Source: Bdellovibrionales bacterium (GTDB lineage: Bacteria > Bdellovibrionota > Bdellovibrionia > Bdellovibrionales > UBA1609). From it: a stretch of DNA of 64,000 bases. Of this stretch, positions 8,437-20,037 are shown piece by piece. The translations under genes and the position numbers were made by a program. Each line of letters starts with the position of its first letter. Position 1 is the stretch's first letter. The stretch is taken from assembly GCA_965199825.1 (NCBI GenBank), contig OZ241329.1, positions 2,496,001-2,560,000 on the forward strand, given 5' to 3'. The notes under the pieces were generated by a model, which was not told the DNA's origin, did not search any database, and was given only the letters and a program-made list of their open reading frames with translations.

Positions 8437-11400
8437 TTAGCTGAGCGCAAGCTCATCGGGGCGCTCGAGACGAGTCATCAACGAGTACACACAAGGCACC
8501 ACAAATAATGTGAGCACTGTTGAAGCAATCACTCCACCAATGATCGAAACCGCCATGGGCACAATGGTTTCTGATCCAGGCCCAAGCGATAAAGCCTCGG
8601 GCAATGCGGCGGCAACAGTTGCCACCGAGGTCATCAAGATGGGACGAAGTCTTACGGGGCAGGCCACGAGCAAAGCTTCGTTGGCATTTTCTGCAGTTTT
8701 TCGACATTGATTGGTAAAATCGACGAGCAAAATCGAATTCTTTTTGACAATCCCCATCAGCAAAATAAATCCAATTAAACTATACATGTTTATAGACTGG
8801 TGAGCACAAGCAAGCCCAATAAACGCGCCAGAAAAACTAAAGGGCAAAGCCATCAACACCGTGATGGGATGAATAAAACTATTAAATTGCGACGCCAACA
8901 CCATGTAAGAGACCAAAATCCCGAGCAGCAACGCAATAATTAAACTCTGAAAGGATTCGCGATAACTTTGCGAATTGCCAACCATTTTTAAACTGTATCC
9001 TGGAGGCAAAAGCTTTCGAGCAATCCCTTCAGCGCTGGTCAAAGCGGTTTGTTGCGAAATTCCTTTAGCCGGATTGGCGTAAACCGTAATTGCTCGAGAT
9101 CGGTTCAACCTCGAAATCAGCATGAGACTGGGGGCCACCTTCTTTTCGGCCACTTCGGAAAGCAAAATAGTTTGACCGCGATTATTTCGTAAACGGATTT
9201 TGTTGAGATCAGGAATTTTGTCGCGCTGATCCGCCGTTAAACGCAGCTCAACCTCATAGCGATGACGCCCCTTTTGATATTCATTTTGGCCAAGCAAGAT
9301 CGCTCCACCCATTAAGGTGTTGATCACTTGGGTTACCGTACTTAATGACAGTCCCCGTGCTGCCAGTTTTTGGCGATCAGGGATAATCTGAACCTCGGGC
9401 ATACCCGATTGCACATCGGTGTTCACGTCGGTAACCAAATTACTTTCTTTGAGCGCATTCATCATTTGTTTGGTGGACTCGGTCAAAGTTGTCCAGTCAG
9501 GGCCTTGCACAATAAACTCAATCGGAAATCCTCGAGTGGCGGCAAATCCGCGTAGTGACAAATCTTGGATGACCACCTCCATCCCGTGGACTCTTTTTTT
9601 AAGATCTTCTCTAATTTTTTGGATAAAGGCACTTTGCGAAATTGAGCGCTTGTCGGGATCAACCAATCCCACAAAGGCGTTTCCCTGATTGACCGCATCG
9701 CCGCCAAATCCGCCCACCACTCCGAGCACCATATCGATCTCGGGCATGGTGTGCAGATAGTCTTCGACCTCTTTCATTTTTTGATCGGTGAGATCAATGC
9801 TTGAACCCACAGGAAGTTTAAACCGCATCATCAATGTGCTCTGATCTTGTGCGGGAGCCATTTCGGCAGGAAGCCCGCGCGCCACCAAAAAACTCAAAAC
9901 AAAAAAGATCAGCGAGCCCAAGACCGTTTTGATTCGGTGTCTTAATAAAAGTGCCAAAACATTTTTATATCGGCTCGCCAAGCGATGAAAAAAACGATCC
10001 ATCGTTTTGGCTAATCGACCCGTTTCGAGAGTCAAATATCTTGAGCACCGCATGGGTGTCAGGGTCAAAGCTTCAAGAAGTGATAACAAAACAGCAATAG
10101 TCACTGTGACCCCGTACTGAAGAAAAAATCGGCCGATCACACCCTTCATAAAAACAACCGGTAAAAAAATCGCCACCACCGCAAGGGTCGCCGCAAGGGC
10201 TGCAAAACTGATTTCACGTGAGCCTTTGATGGCTGCTGCAATTTTACCTTCGCCCAGTTCGCGGTGGCGCACGATGTTTTCGAGCATCATGATCGCATCA
10301 TCTACAACGATCCCAATTGCGAGCGAAAGTCCAAGTAAAGTAAATGTATTTAGTGTAAAATGAAAGGCATAAAAAGCAATAAATGCCCCGATGATCGAGG
10401 TCGGGATCGCCATCAAAACATTCACCGTCGAGGTCCACGAGCCCAAAAAAAGATAACACACCAGCGAACAAAACAACGCCGAGAGCACAAGAGTAAACAA
10501 AAGCTGATGCACCGACTGCTTAATAAACCGGGTGTTGTCGTTACGAACAATCAATTTGTAATCTTTTGGGATCAGATCTTTGATCTCACTCATCCGCGCC
10601 CGCACTAAGTTTGCCACTTCGACCGCGTTTGAGCCGTGCTGCTTGATAATTCCTAAACCCACCGCTCGCTTGCCATTGACCCGCATTTTTTTACGCACAT
10701 CGGTCAAGCCCTCTTCGATGGTTGCCACATCGGAAAGCCGGGTGCGTTTAAAATTTGGCCCCTGGCTTAAGCGATTGTTGATTGCGATTTTTCCAAATTC
10801 GGCAGGCGATTTTGCCTCTCCCAAAAATCGCACACCATATTCATTTTTTGAATTCTCGATTGTGCCTGCAGGAATTTCTAAATGCTCTTGTTGAATGGCT
10901 TGGAGCACATCTTGCGAGGTCATATCAAACTGATCCAGTTTATTCAGATCCGCCCAAACTCGTAAGGCCGGATCCACATAGCCGCCCAATACCACATTGG
11001 CCACACCCTCGACTGTGCCGAATTGATCAAACAAAAAATCACGGGCAAAGATCATCATGTCGATGGGTTTTCGCTCAGTATTGTCTGAAGTCAGGGTCAG
11101 CCACATGATCGGCTGATCCTCGGGATTTTGTTTTCGCAAAGTGGGAGGAAACATATTGTTGGGCAAAAGATTGCGGACTTGATTGATTTTGTTTTGGATA
11201 TTCTGCATGGCCGAATCAATGTTCTGAGACATTTCAAATTCGACCGAAATGCTGCCCGTACTCTGTTGGGCGGTTGAAGTGAGACTTCGAATGCCGTCGA
11301 TTTCCATAATCGCATCTTCGAGCGGATCAAGAATTTGCATCTCGATCACTTCAGGTGCAGCCCCTTGAAGCGAAACCGAAACACTCACCACCGGAAAATC

Positions 11401-11520
11401 CACATCGGGAAGTTGGCTAATTCCTAAACGTTGAAACGAAATTAATCCAAAAATAATCAGAGCCGCCATCAGCATCCAGGCAAAAACGGGTCGCCGAATC
11501 GAGAGCTCTGGCAAATTCAC
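8437..11520 (-). CDS. RND efflux permease (AcrB/AcrD/AcrF family), copy 2
   Basis: 1027 aa; SIRRPV, PDVDFP, GIVVDDAIMMLEN, KKNSILL, RLRPILMT. Confidence 0.95.
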   Translation of the reverse strand: MNLPELSIRRPVFAWMLMAALIIFGLISFQRLGISQLPDVDFPVVSVSVSLQGAAPEVIEMQILDPLEDAIMEIDGIRSLTSTAQQSTGSISVEFEMSQNIDSAMQNIQNKINQVRNLLPNNMFPPTLRKQNPEDQPIMWLTLTSDNTERKPIDMMIFARDFLFDQFGTVEGVANVVLGGYVDPALRVWADLNKLDQFDMTSQDVLQAIQQEHLEIPAGTIENSKNEYGVRFLGEAKSPAEFGKIAINNRLSQGPNFKRTRLSDVATIEEGLTDVRKKMRVNGKRAVGLGIIKQHGSNAVEVANLVRARMSEIKDLIPKDYKLIVRNDNTRFIKQSVHQLLFTLVLSALFCSLVCYLFLGSWTSTVNVLMAIPTSIIGAFIAFYAFHFTLNTFTLLGLSLAIGIVVDDAIMMLENIVRHRELGEGKIAAAIKGSREISFAALAATLAVVAIFLPVVFMKGVIGRFFLQYGVTVTIAVLLSLLEALTLTPMRCSRYLTLETGRLAKTMDRFFHRLASRYKNVLALLLRHRIKTVLGSLIFFVLSFLVARGLPAEMAPAQDQSTLMMRFKLPVGSSIDLTDQKMKEVEDYLHTMPEIDMVLGVVGGFGGDAVNQGNAFVGLVDPDKRSISQSAFIQKIREDLKKRVHGMEVVIQDLSLRGFAATRGFPIEFIVQGPDWTTLTESTKQMMNALKESNLVTDVNTDVQSGMPEVQIIPDRQKLAARGLSLSTVTQVINTLMGGAILLGQNEYQKGRHRYEVELRLTADQRDKIPDLNKIRLRNNRGQTILLSEVAEKKVAPSLMLISRLNRSRAITVYANPAKGISQQTALTSAEGIARKLLPPGYSLKMVGNSQSYRESFQSLIIALLLGILVSYMVLASQFNSFIHPITVLMALPFSFSGAFIGLACAHQSINMYSLIGFILLMGIVKKNSILLVDFTNQCRKTAENANEALLVACPVRLRPILMTSVATVAAALPEALSLGPGSETIVPMAVSIIGGVIASTVLTLFVVPCVYSLMTRLERPDELALS

Positions 11521-14500
11521 GCAAAAACCTCTTCGCTCTCGGGCCGTTCAAAGCGAGAAAGTAAAAGATAAACACAAGGCACAACAAACAAAGTCAAAAA
11601 GGTTGAAAGTGCAACGCCTCCAATAATTGAAATTGCCATGGGCACACGTGTCTCTGCACCCGCACCAAAGTTGATCGCCTCAGGGAGTGCGCCAACAATG
11701 GTTGCGACCGACGTCATCAAGATCGGTCGCAGCCGAATGGGACACGCCTCAAGCAAGGCTTGCTCGATACTTGACCCTTGTTCTCTGCGTTGATTGGTAA
11801 AGTCCACAAGCAAAATCGAATTCTTTTTAACAATCCCCATCAGCAAAATAAGCCCAATCATACTAAACAAACTTAATGATTGATGAGTCATATAAAGAGC
11901 AAACAGCGCACCCGAAAGTGAAAAAGGCAAAGCCATCAGCACCGTAACCGGATGGATAAAACTATTAAATTGCGAAGCGAGTACCATATAGGCCACCGCA
12001 ATCCCTAAGATCAGCGCAAAGATCAATCCGTTAAAAGCCTCACGAAAGGCATCGGCACTTCCGGTCACACGCATGCGGTATCCTGAAGGCAATACTTCTT
12101 TCGAAATTTTTTCGACCTGAGCTAGAGCATCTTGCTGCGATTTATTCTCGGCCACATTAGCAAAAACCGGAATTGCCCGGGTGCGGTTCACACGCGAAAT
12201 CAGCCCGAGTCCCTGAGTCACCTTAACAGAGCTTGTGTCGAGCAGTCGCACCATCTCTCCACTGCTGCCGCGGTTGTTTCTTAAAAAGATATTATTGAGA
12301 TCACTCACATTTTGATGTTCGTTCTCTTCACTGCGCAATCGGATATAATATCTATGCCCATCTTTGGGATACTGGGTGTTGGCATTAAAAATTTGGCCGC
12401 CAATCAGATAATTCACCTCTTGACCCATGTTCGTAATGCTCACACCTCGAAGGGCTGCCCGATCGCGATCAGGCGTGATTTGCACCTGGGGCATTTGATC
12501 TAAATAATCGGTATTGAGATCGGTAATGAGTTCGGTGGCTTTAAGCCGGGTGAGAATTTGATCGCTATAAGTTTTGAGTTTTTCCCAATCAGGACCCTCT
12601 AAAATAAATTCGATCGGAAATCCTCTTGAAGCACTCAAGCCCGCAAGCGACAGATCTTGAACAAAAACCTCGCTGGTGGGAAAAAGTTTTTGAATTTCAT
12701 TTCGGGTGCGATTCATCACCTGCTGCTGACTGAGCTTTCGAGCCTTAGGCTCTTTTAGAATCACATAGATTAAACCTGCATTGACCACGTTGTTGTTTTG
12801 GTAGTTGCCGATGGTTGTATAGAGATCTTCGATTTCGGGTTGAGTTTTTAAATGCTCTTCCACCTTTTTATAGATGAGGTCGGTGGCGTTAATCGATGTG
12901 CCAACAGGCGTTTTTAGACTGAGCAAAAACATGCTTTGATCTTGAGCGGGTAAAAGTTCTTTTCTTAAGAGCCCCAAAAATCCGAGCGACAAAAGAAATA
13001 TCGCAACCGAGATCACCACCACTTTGGTGCGATGATCGAGACAGGATTTTAAAACCCGCTGATAAGACGATGACAATCGATCCATAAAATGATCCATATG
13101 CCGCAAAATAAATCCAGGCTTATCCATCTTTGCCGAATGAAGAAAGCGCGCCGTCCTCATCGGAGTTAGAGTCAGAGCTTCGAGCAAAGATAAAAATACC
13201 GCAACTGTGACGGTGATTCCGTACTGATAAAAAAATCGTCCCACCACACCTTGCATAAAAACCACAGGAATAAAAATCGCCGCAATCGCAAGAGTTGTGG
13301 CGATCGCCGCAAAGGTGATCTCTCGCGAACCATCCAAAGAAGCTTGCCTGCGATTTTTGCCCATTTCAAAATGGCGCACAATATTTTCGAGCATCATGAT
13401 CGCATCGTCGACCACAATTCCAATCGCAAGCGAAAGTCCTAAAAGTGTAAATGTATTTAAGGTAAATCCAAAAAAGTAAAGGGCACTAAACGCACCCACA
13501 ATCGAGGTCGGAATCGCCAACAGCACATTGATGGTGGATGACCACGATCCCAAAAATAAATAGCAAACCAGTGACGTGAGCAAGGCCGAAAAGAGGAGCG
13601 TCATATTGAGCTCCCACACCGAATCCTTGATAAATTTTGTTGAATCCAGTTGGACGCTCACATCATAACCGGGCAAGAGCGATTGGCGCATCAGCTGAAC
13701 TTTTTGAGCCACTAATTTTCCGACTTCAACCGCATTGGCGCCGTGCTGCTTTACGATTCCTAAGCCCACCGCGGTTTTGCCGTTGATTCTCGAGATCGCT
13801 CGTAAATCAGAAATCCCCTCTTCAATCCGGGCTACGCGTGAAAGCGGAATCGGATTGTAGTTCGCTCCACCTCCGCGGGTGTTGATGCGAATCTTGCCAA
13901 ATTCTTCAACCGATTTGGCCTCGCCCAAAACACGAATATTTTTTTCGTCTTTGGCGGCTTCGATCCGTCCTGCGGGTTGCTCGATCTGCTCGGCTTGGAT
14001 CGCATTCCAAACATCAGTCGCAGTCAATTCTAAATTGTGAAGTTTTTTGGTATCGAGCCAAACTCTTAAATTGGGCTCCACATATCCGGCCAAAGTCACA
14101 TTGCCCACACCATTTAAAGTCGAGAGCTGGTCTTTTAAAGTGTTTCGCGCATAAATCATTTGTTGATAAACAGGAACTGTTTTGTCTGCAGTCACCATCA
14201 CCCAAACAATGGGCTGATCTTCGGGATTGGTTTTGCTAATCACCGGAGGATAAAGAGTTGTGGGCAAACGGTTAGAGACTTGAGAAATTCGATTTTGAAC
14301 TTCTTGGACCGCCACGTTCACATCGTGTTTAAGATTAAAATTGCAAGTGATGTTGGCTGTGCCCTGGCTGACATTCGAAATAATACTTGTGAGCCCTTCG
14401 ATTCCCATCACCGCATCTTCGATGATATCCACCACCGTGAGCTCCATACTTTCTGGAGCTGCGCCGTCGAGTCTCAAAGCCACATTCACAACCGGAAAAT

Positions 14501-14621
14501 CCACGTCGGGCATATTGCTAATGCCCATACGGGTAAAACAAATTGCACCAAATAAGATGAGTGCAAACATCAACATCCATGCAAATACTGGATTTCGAAT
14601 TGAGACTTCAGAGAGATTCAT
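11517..14621 (-). CDS. RND efflux permease (AcrB/AcrD/AcrF family), copy 1
   Basis: 1034 aa with the same motif set as the downstream paralog; 4-bp overlaps on both sides. Confidence 0.95.
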   Translation of the reverse strand: MNLSEVSIRNPVFAWMLMFALILFGAICFTRMGISNMPDVDFPVVNVALRLDGAAPESMELTVVDIIEDAVMGIEGLTSIISNVSQGTANITCNFNLKHDVNVAVQEVQNRISQVSNRLPTTLYPPVISKTNPEDQPIVWVMVTADKTVPVYQQMIYARNTLKDQLSTLNGVGNVTLAGYVEPNLRVWLDTKKLHNLELTATDVWNAIQAEQIEQPAGRIEAAKDEKNIRVLGEAKSVEEFGKIRINTRGGGANYNPIPLSRVARIEEGISDLRAISRINGKTAVGLGIVKQHGANAVEVGKLVAQKVQLMRQSLLPGYDVSVQLDSTKFIKDSVWELNMTLLFSALLTSLVCYLFLGSWSSTINVLLAIPTSIVGAFSALYFFGFTLNTFTLLGLSLAIGIVVDDAIMMLENIVRHFEMGKNRRQASLDGSREITFAAIATTLAIAAIFIPVVFMQGVVGRFFYQYGITVTVAVFLSLLEALTLTPMRTARFLHSAKMDKPGFILRHMDHFMDRLSSSYQRVLKSCLDHRTKVVVISVAIFLLSLGFLGLLRKELLPAQDQSMFLLSLKTPVGTSINATDLIYKKVEEHLKTQPEIEDLYTTIGNYQNNNVVNAGLIYVILKEPKARKLSQQQVMNRTRNEIQKLFPTSEVFVQDLSLAGLSASRGFPIEFILEGPDWEKLKTYSDQILTRLKATELITDLNTDYLDQMPQVQITPDRDRAALRGVSITNMGQEVNYLIGGQIFNANTQYPKDGHRYYIRLRSEENEHQNVSDLNNIFLRNNRGSSGEMVRLLDTSSVKVTQGLGLISRVNRTRAIPVFANVAENKSQQDALAQVEKISKEVLPSGYRMRVTGSADAFREAFNGLIFALILGIAVAYMVLASQFNSFIHPVTVLMALPFSLSGALFALYMTHQSLSLFSMIGLILLMGIVKKNSILLVDFTNQRREQGSSIEQALLEACPIRLRPILMTSVATIVGALPEAINFGAGAETRVPMAISIIGGVALSTFLTLFVVPCVYLLLSRFERPESEEVFA

Positions 14622-15871
14622 AACAGATCACTTTCGATATCCATCATCGCCGCGGCATAAAGATGAGCCAAATCAGCCCTTAATGAAAAGCGGCCTTTAT
14701 CTAAAAATCTTAAAGCCTCGATATAATTGGTGAGCGAAGTGAGCACATCCAAATTTGTGACCAAACCCAAACGAAAATCGTGTTGCTCTTGTTTAAAAGT
14801 TTGCTCAGAAATTCTTGCGGTCTCTTTGGCTTGTGTGATTTGCAAAAGATCCGCAGTGACCGCCGCATGAGCGGTTTGAATCTCTTGATCCGCCGCTCTT
14901 TGGGCCTGTGACAAAGCAAGTTGAGCCTGATCTTTTTTTGATATTGCTTGCCTCACCCGCGACTGAGTAATCCCGCCCGCAAAGATCGGAACCGTCACCA
15001 TCAGTTTTGCATCCCAATTCACTTGGGCTGCATATCCCGCGCGTTCAAAGTAACGATCATAGGTCAAATCCAAAACGGGCAAATGGGCTTCTTTTGCCAT
15101 CAGTGCTTGATCCTCAGCACTCGAAATCGCTTCGCGATTGGCGCGCACATCGGGACGGCTATCACGTTTATCGGTAAAATATTTGACCGGCTCAATTGTC
15201 GAGACTGGTGATGTCTGCGGCTCTTTTAATTTAATATCTGCGGCAAGCCCCGTCTGAAAGGCCAAGGTCTCGCGGTATGCAGCAAGTTGACCTTTGATTT
15301 GTTGCACCTGCATCAGGAGTGAGGATCGTGCGGTTTTTACGGTGAGAACATCGGTCGGTTGCGATCGACCAATTTTTAAAAATCGATCGAGTTCCTGAAT
15401 ACGCTCATCGTAATACTTCACCTCTTGCTCAAGATTTTTTAAATCCTGCTCTAAAGATAAAATAGAATAAAATGTGGTGGCCAAATTTTCATAAAGTTGA
15501 ATTTTTGCGGTCTCAAGTAAAACCACTTGTTGGCGAAAATCGGCCTTTGCTTTTTTGAGTCCTGAATATTCGGCCCCGCCATGAAACAGCGGCTGAGTGA
15601 CAGAGACAAAACCTAAAGGATTGTAAGGCGGACTGATCGACCCTTGAGTGGGAGACTGCACATTGCGCTGCCAAGTTACATTGTAATTGGCATTGACCGT
15701 GGGAAACAGAGCACCGGTGGCTTGTTTTTTATTTTCCTCAAATTGTTTGATCACCTCGACTTGGGTGCTGACCGCTTCATTATTTTTTTTGGCTTCGCGA
15801 AAACAATCGGTCAGTGAAAGCCCCTCGCCAAAACTAAAATTTAAAAAAATAAATAAGAAAATTTGAATCAT
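14618..15871 (-). CDS. TolC family outer-membrane efflux protein
   Basis: Signal peptide; two OEP repeats (ALFPTV..QPLFHGG and AHLPVLDL..VPIFAGG); first gene of the RND operon. Confidence 0.9.
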   Translation of the reverse strand: MIQIFLFIFLNFSFGEGLSLTDCFREAKKNNEAVSTQVEVIKQFEENKKQATGALFPTVNANYNVTWQRNVQSPTQGSISPPYNPLGFVSVTQPLFHGGAEYSGLKKAKADFRQQVVLLETAKIQLYENLATTFYSILSLEQDLKNLEQEVKYYDERIQELDRFLKIGRSQPTDVLTVKTARSSLLMQVQQIKGQLAAYRETLAFQTGLAADIKLKEPQTSPVSTIEPVKYFTDKRDSRPDVRANREAISSAEDQALMAKEAHLPVLDLTYDRYFERAGYAAQVNWDAKLMVTVPIFAGGITQSRVRQAISKKDQAQLALSQAQRAADQEIQTAHAAVTADLLQITQAKETARISEQTFKQEQHDFRLGLVTNLDVLTSLTNYIEALRFLDKGRFSLRADLAHLYAAAMMDIESDLL

Positions 15872-15934
15872 CGATGTCCCTCTTGTGCGAAGAATTTTAG
15901 GATGATCTCAAGTTCTTATTTCAATCGTCAATTT

Positions 15935-17488
15935 TTATTGGGCAATCAAGACGCTCGAACTCAATTCTGACATGATCGACTCAGCCACTCGAATCCCGTC
16001 GCAAGCCGCCGAGGTGATTCCGCCCGCATAGCCCGCCCCCTCGCCGGTGGGATAAAGACCGTGATGCGAGACCGATTGCAGTGTTGTCGGATCGCGCAAA
16101 ATCCTGACTGGGCAAGAGGTTCGGCTCTCCACCCCATGAAACTGCGCAGCATCAGAAATAAAGCCAGGCATCTGCCGATCAAATTGTTCGAGCTGAGTCG
16201 ACATCGCCTCACGCATTTCGACCGAAAATAATTTGTCGAGTCGTGATGCAACAACGCCCGAGGGACATGAGGTTTTTAAAACCTCACCCTCTTTGCCATT
16301 CATAAAATCGATGACCCGTTGAGCCGGCATTTGATGATGCCCGCCTTTGGACTGCACCATTTTTAAAGCACTGCTCTCAAGATCGTCGCGAAATTTCATC
16401 CCGCCAAAAACATCTGTGCCAAAATTTTTGGCGTGATCAACCGTGACAACAATCGCCGCATTGGCAAATGGAGAGTTTCGCGAGTAATTACTCATCCCAT
16501 TACTCACAACACCATTTGCCGAAGTGCCGCTTGAAAGAATGTAGCCCCCAGGACACATACAAAAACTGTAGACTCCCAATCCCGATTTTTTATCGGTGGA
16601 GGCCAATCGATAATTTGCCGCACCTAGTTTGGGATGATCGGACGCCTCACGATAGCGCAACCGATTGATCAAGGCTTGAGGATGTTCAACTCTTAAGCCC
16701 ACCGCAAAACTTTTGCCTTCAAGCGCCACATGATGATTTTTTACCAAATCAAAAACATCGTCGGCCGAGTGACCGGTTGCCAAAACAATATGGTCTGAAT
16801 AAAAATCTGATTTGTTGGTTTTGATTCCTTTGATATTCGAACCCGACAAAATAAAATCGGTCATCCGAGTTTCAAAATGCAAATCGCAACCCTTCGAGAT
16901 CAGATACTCACAAATTTTTGGAATAATTCGGCGAATACGGTTTGAGCCCACATGAGGATTCGAAAGATACTCAATCTCTTCGGGCGCCCCAAAATCCACC
17001 ATGCGCTTCATCACATAGGGAATATAGGGAGATTTGATTCGAGTGATCAGTTTGCCGTCAGAATAAAGTCCTGCACCACCCTCACCAAAACAAACATTGT
17101 TTTCCTGATCTAAATCTCCATGCTTCCAATATTTATTAATCGCCTGAATCCGCTTGAGCCCTTGTGATCCGCGTTCAATCAAGGTGCAGGGAATTCCACG
17201 GTCGACAAATCTTAAAGCTGCAAATAACCCCGCAGGCCCAGAGCCAATAATCAAAGGCCTGTGGGCGTCACGCGGAAATGAAACCGTATCGAGTTTAAAA
17301 TCTTTGGGCTGCGGCTTTTCGCCATGCTCAAAAACTTCGAGCGAATAAATCAAGCGCGGAAGTTTTCGACGAGCATCCACCGATTGGCGCAAAATACGAA
17401 ACCCACCGTAGTCGGGTTGCAAATATTGCAGCTTCTCGCTTAAATCTTCGTCTAATTCCAGTGTGAGATTATGGACGTAACGGCTCAT
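15935..17488 (-). CDS. FAD/NAD(P)-dependent oxidoreductase (uncharacterised dehydrogenase family)
   Basis: IIGSGPAGLFAA, FGEGGAGLYSDGKL, FCMCPGG, GEGAGYAGGI. Start placed at MSRY (ATG 17488). Confidence 0.85.
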   Translation of the reverse strand: MSRYVHNLTLELDEDLSEKLQYLQPDYGGFRILRQSVDARRKLPRLIYSLEVFEHGEKPQPKDFKLDTVSFPRDAHRPLIIGSGPAGLFAALRFVDRGIPCTLIERGSQGLKRIQAINKYWKHGDLDQENNVCFGEGGAGLYSDGKLITRIKSPYIPYVMKRMVDFGAPEEIEYLSNPHVGSNRIRRIIPKICEYLISKGCDLHFETRMTDFILSGSNIKGIKTNKSDFYSDHIVLATGHSADDVFDLVKNHHVALEGKSFAVGLRVEHPQALINRLRYREASDHPKLGAANYRLASTDKKSGLGVYSFCMCPGGYILSSGTSANGVVSNGMSNYSRNSPFANAAIVVTVDHAKNFGTDVFGGMKFRDDLESSALKMVQSKGGHHQMPAQRVIDFMNGKEGEVLKTSCPSGVVASRLDKLFSVEMREAMSTQLEQFDRQMPGFISDAAQFHGVESRTSCPVRILRDPTTLQSVSHHGLYPTGEGAGYAGGITSAACDGIRVAESIMSELSSSVLIAQ

Positions 17489-17562
17489 GATGAGTGAGTC
17501 TTTACCACACAACTCGACCCAAACGATTGCATTACTTTTTATTTCATGCTGACGTCAGGGCC

Positions 17563-20037
17563 ATGTCACAGATCAATTTGCTATCTCCGCTTAAAGGTTA
17601 TCTCACCCCTCTTGAAACCGTGCCCGATGAAGTTTTTGCCGGCCGAATGGTGGGTGATGGAGTCGCCATTGAACCGTTATGCGATATTTTAAGCGCCCCA
17701 TGTGATGCCGAAATTTTAAATATTCATCCAAAAAAACATGCCCTCACTCTTAAAACTTCCTCTGGTGCCCAGATTTTGATCCATATCGGGATCGACACGG
17801 TAAAATTAGATGGCCAAGGATTTTTTTGCCTCGTTAAAGCAGGCGACACGGTTACCGCAGGTCAGGATTTGATCCGCTTTGATGTGGAAGTATTAACCAC
17901 AAAAGCAAAAAGTCTTGTGACACTGATGATTGTCACCGAAGGTGCAAAGGGTCATAGCCTAATCCATTCAGGATTGGTGGACAAAACAACTCCTGTTTAT
18001 ACGCTTGATACTTTTATTGAAGAGGATATCTCCTTAAACTCTTCGATCACCCTAAAAAAATCGGTCAAGCTTCATATGAAAGATGGGCTGCACGCCAGGC
18101 CCTCCGCCTTGATTGTGTCGCGAGCCAAAAAATATCGCTCCCAGGTGGAGCTTAAAACTTTAGACAAAACAGCCAACGCAAAAAGTGTGGTGAGCCTATT
18201 AACCGCAGCCTTTGATCAAACCTCAAGTCTGACATTGGAGGTCACCGGACCTGATGCCCAAGCGTGCATCGATGATCTCGCCGAATTTTTAAATTCCTAT
18301 CGCGAAGAGTCTTCACAATCTGAGATTTTAGAAACGGTCACAAAAAACACCGATCCTAATATATTAAGCGGAACACCGGCGGCACCCGGGCTTGCCCGCG
18401 GCAAAATCTTTTTTTTAAAAAAAACCCAATTTCAGTTTGCCGAGTGGGGTATTGGAATCGAAGTCGAAAAACAAGCACTCAAAAGTGCCTTGTCTCAAAG
18501 TGCTCAAGAAATTTTAGAGCTACAAAATAAAAGTGATTTAGATCCTCGCCAGCTCTCGATTTTTTCGGCTCACTTGGAACTCCTTGAAGATCCTGATTTG
18601 ATTTCTGAAGCCTTAAAGCTGATTGAACTCAAACATTCTGCCGCCTTTTCGTGGAACCAAAGTTACGAGCGCAGAGCCAAAACTTTGAGCGAGCTCAAAA
18701 ATCAATTGATGGCCAATCGCGCAGCCGATCTTCGCGATGTGGGAATGCGAGCCCTCAATCACATGGCCAAAAAAACAGCCGAGCAGATCACCATTCCAAA
18801 AGATGCGATTTTAATTGCCGAAGAAATGACGCCCTCTGAAACTGCGTCTTTGCCAAAGGGATTTGTAGTGGGCCTTTGCACCACGACCGGTGGGCCAACC
18901 TCGCATGTCGCAATCCTTGCCCGCTCGATGGGTCTTCCTGCCATTGCGGGCATCGATCCAAAAGCCCTAAAGCTTGTTGAAGGAACCGAAGTCATTATCG
19001 ATGGGCATCAAGGCGAGTTGCGTCTCAATCCAACCCAACAACAAATCGCGCAAGCCGAAGCTTCAATCGAAATCGAAACCAAAAAACGAAGTCTCGCCTC
19101 AACCTATGCTTCGGCCTCGGCGCATACGCTTGATGATATTTCGATCGAAGTGACCGCAAACATCGGGGGCTTAAGCGATGCCGATCAAGCAGTGCAGCTC
19201 GGTGCAGACGGCGTGGGCCTTTTGCGTTCTGAATTTTTATTTCTTGAGCGCGAAGTTGCACCGAGCGAACAAGAGCAATACGAGGTTTACCAAGCGATTG
19301 CCGATTCCTTAGGAGACCGACCTCTCACCATTCGGACCTTGGATGTGGGTGGTGATAAACCACTCAGGTATCTCCCGCTCGAAAAAGAAGACAATCCATT
19401 TTTAGGTATCAGAGGCTTAAGAGTTGGATTTCGACATCCCGAAATTTTGCGCGAGCAATTGCGCGCCATTTTGCGAATGAATACGACTGCCCCTCTCAAC
19501 ATTATGTTTCCGATGGTCTCTCAACTGGATGAATTGTTAGAGGCCAAAAAAATCTTGGAACAAGAACGCTTTCAACTCGGCCGCCCCATGCCTTCAATTG
19601 GCATGATGATCGAAGTGCCCTCCGCAGCTCTCCTTGCCCATATTTTTGCGCCACATATCGATTTTTTTTCGATCGGTACAAATGATTTGACCCAATACAC
19701 ATTGGCAATGGACCGTGGGCATCACGAATTAGCCAAACATGTGGATGCTCTAAACCCGAGCGTTTTAAAATTAATCGAGATGACGATTGTGGCGGCCAAA
19801 GCCTGCGGCAAATGGGTCTCTGTTTGTGGAGGACTCGCAAGCGAAGAGCAAGCCGTCCCCATCTTAGTTGGCCTCGGTGTTAATGAATTGAGTGTGAGTT
19901 TGGCTTCGATTGGCTTAGTGAAAGCACAAATTCGCGCCTTAAAATTTCATGATTGCCAAGTTCAATCTCAAGCGGCACTTCGAATGGGCCAAGCTCACGA
20001 AGTCCGCAATCTTTCAAAGGACCATTTTTTTATATGA
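17563..20037 (+). CDS. ptsP: Multiphosphoryl transfer protein, fused EIIA(Glc-class)-HPr-Enzyme I
   Basis: EIIA ([16 protein letters not shown]), HPr (GLHARP) and EI ([27 protein letters not shown]). Likely ATG at 17563. Confidence 0.9.
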   Translation: MSQINLLSPLKGYLTPLETVPDEVFAGRMVGDGVAIEPLCDILSAPCDAEILNIHPKKHALTLKTSSGAQILIHIGIDTVKLDGQGFFCLVKAGDTVTAGQDLIRFDVEVLTTKAKSLVTLMIVTEGAKGHSLIHSGLVDKTTPVYTLDTFIEEDISLNSSITLKKSVKLHMKDGLHARPSALIVSRAKKYRSQVELKTLDKTANAKSVVSLLTAAFDQTSSLTLEVTGPDAQACIDDLAEFLNSYREESSQSEILETVTKNTDPNILSGTPAAPGLARGKIFFLKKTQFQFAEWGIGIEVEKQALKSALSQSAQEILELQNKSDLDPRQLSIFSAHLELLEDPDLISEALKLIELKHSAAFSWNQSYERRAKTLSELKNQLMANRAADLRDVGMRALNHMAKKTAEQITIPKDAILIAEEMTPSETASLPKGFVVGLCTTTGGPTSHVAILARSMGLPAIAGIDPKALKLVEGTEVIIDGHQGELRLNPTQQQIAQAEASIEIETKKRSLASTYASASAHTLDDISIEVTANIGGLSDADQAVQLGADGVGLLRSEFLFLEREVAPSEQEQYEVYQAIADSLGDRPLTIRTLDVGGDKPLRYLPLEKEDNPFLGIRGLRVGFRHPEILREQLRAILRMNTTAPLNIMFPMVSQLDELLEAKKILEQERFQLGRPMPSIGMMIEVPSAALLAHIFAPHIDFFSIGTNDLTQYTLAMDRGHHELAKHVDALNPSVLKLIEMTIVAAKACGKWVSVCGGLASEEQAVPILVGLGVNELSVSLASIGLVKAQIRALKFHDCQVQSQAALRMGQAHEVRNLSKDHFFI

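Noticed and set aside
8437..14621. Near-identical DNA stretches between about 8.6-10.4 kb and 11.7-13.5 kb
   Set aside because: Explained by paralogy of the two RND genes at conserved TM motifs.
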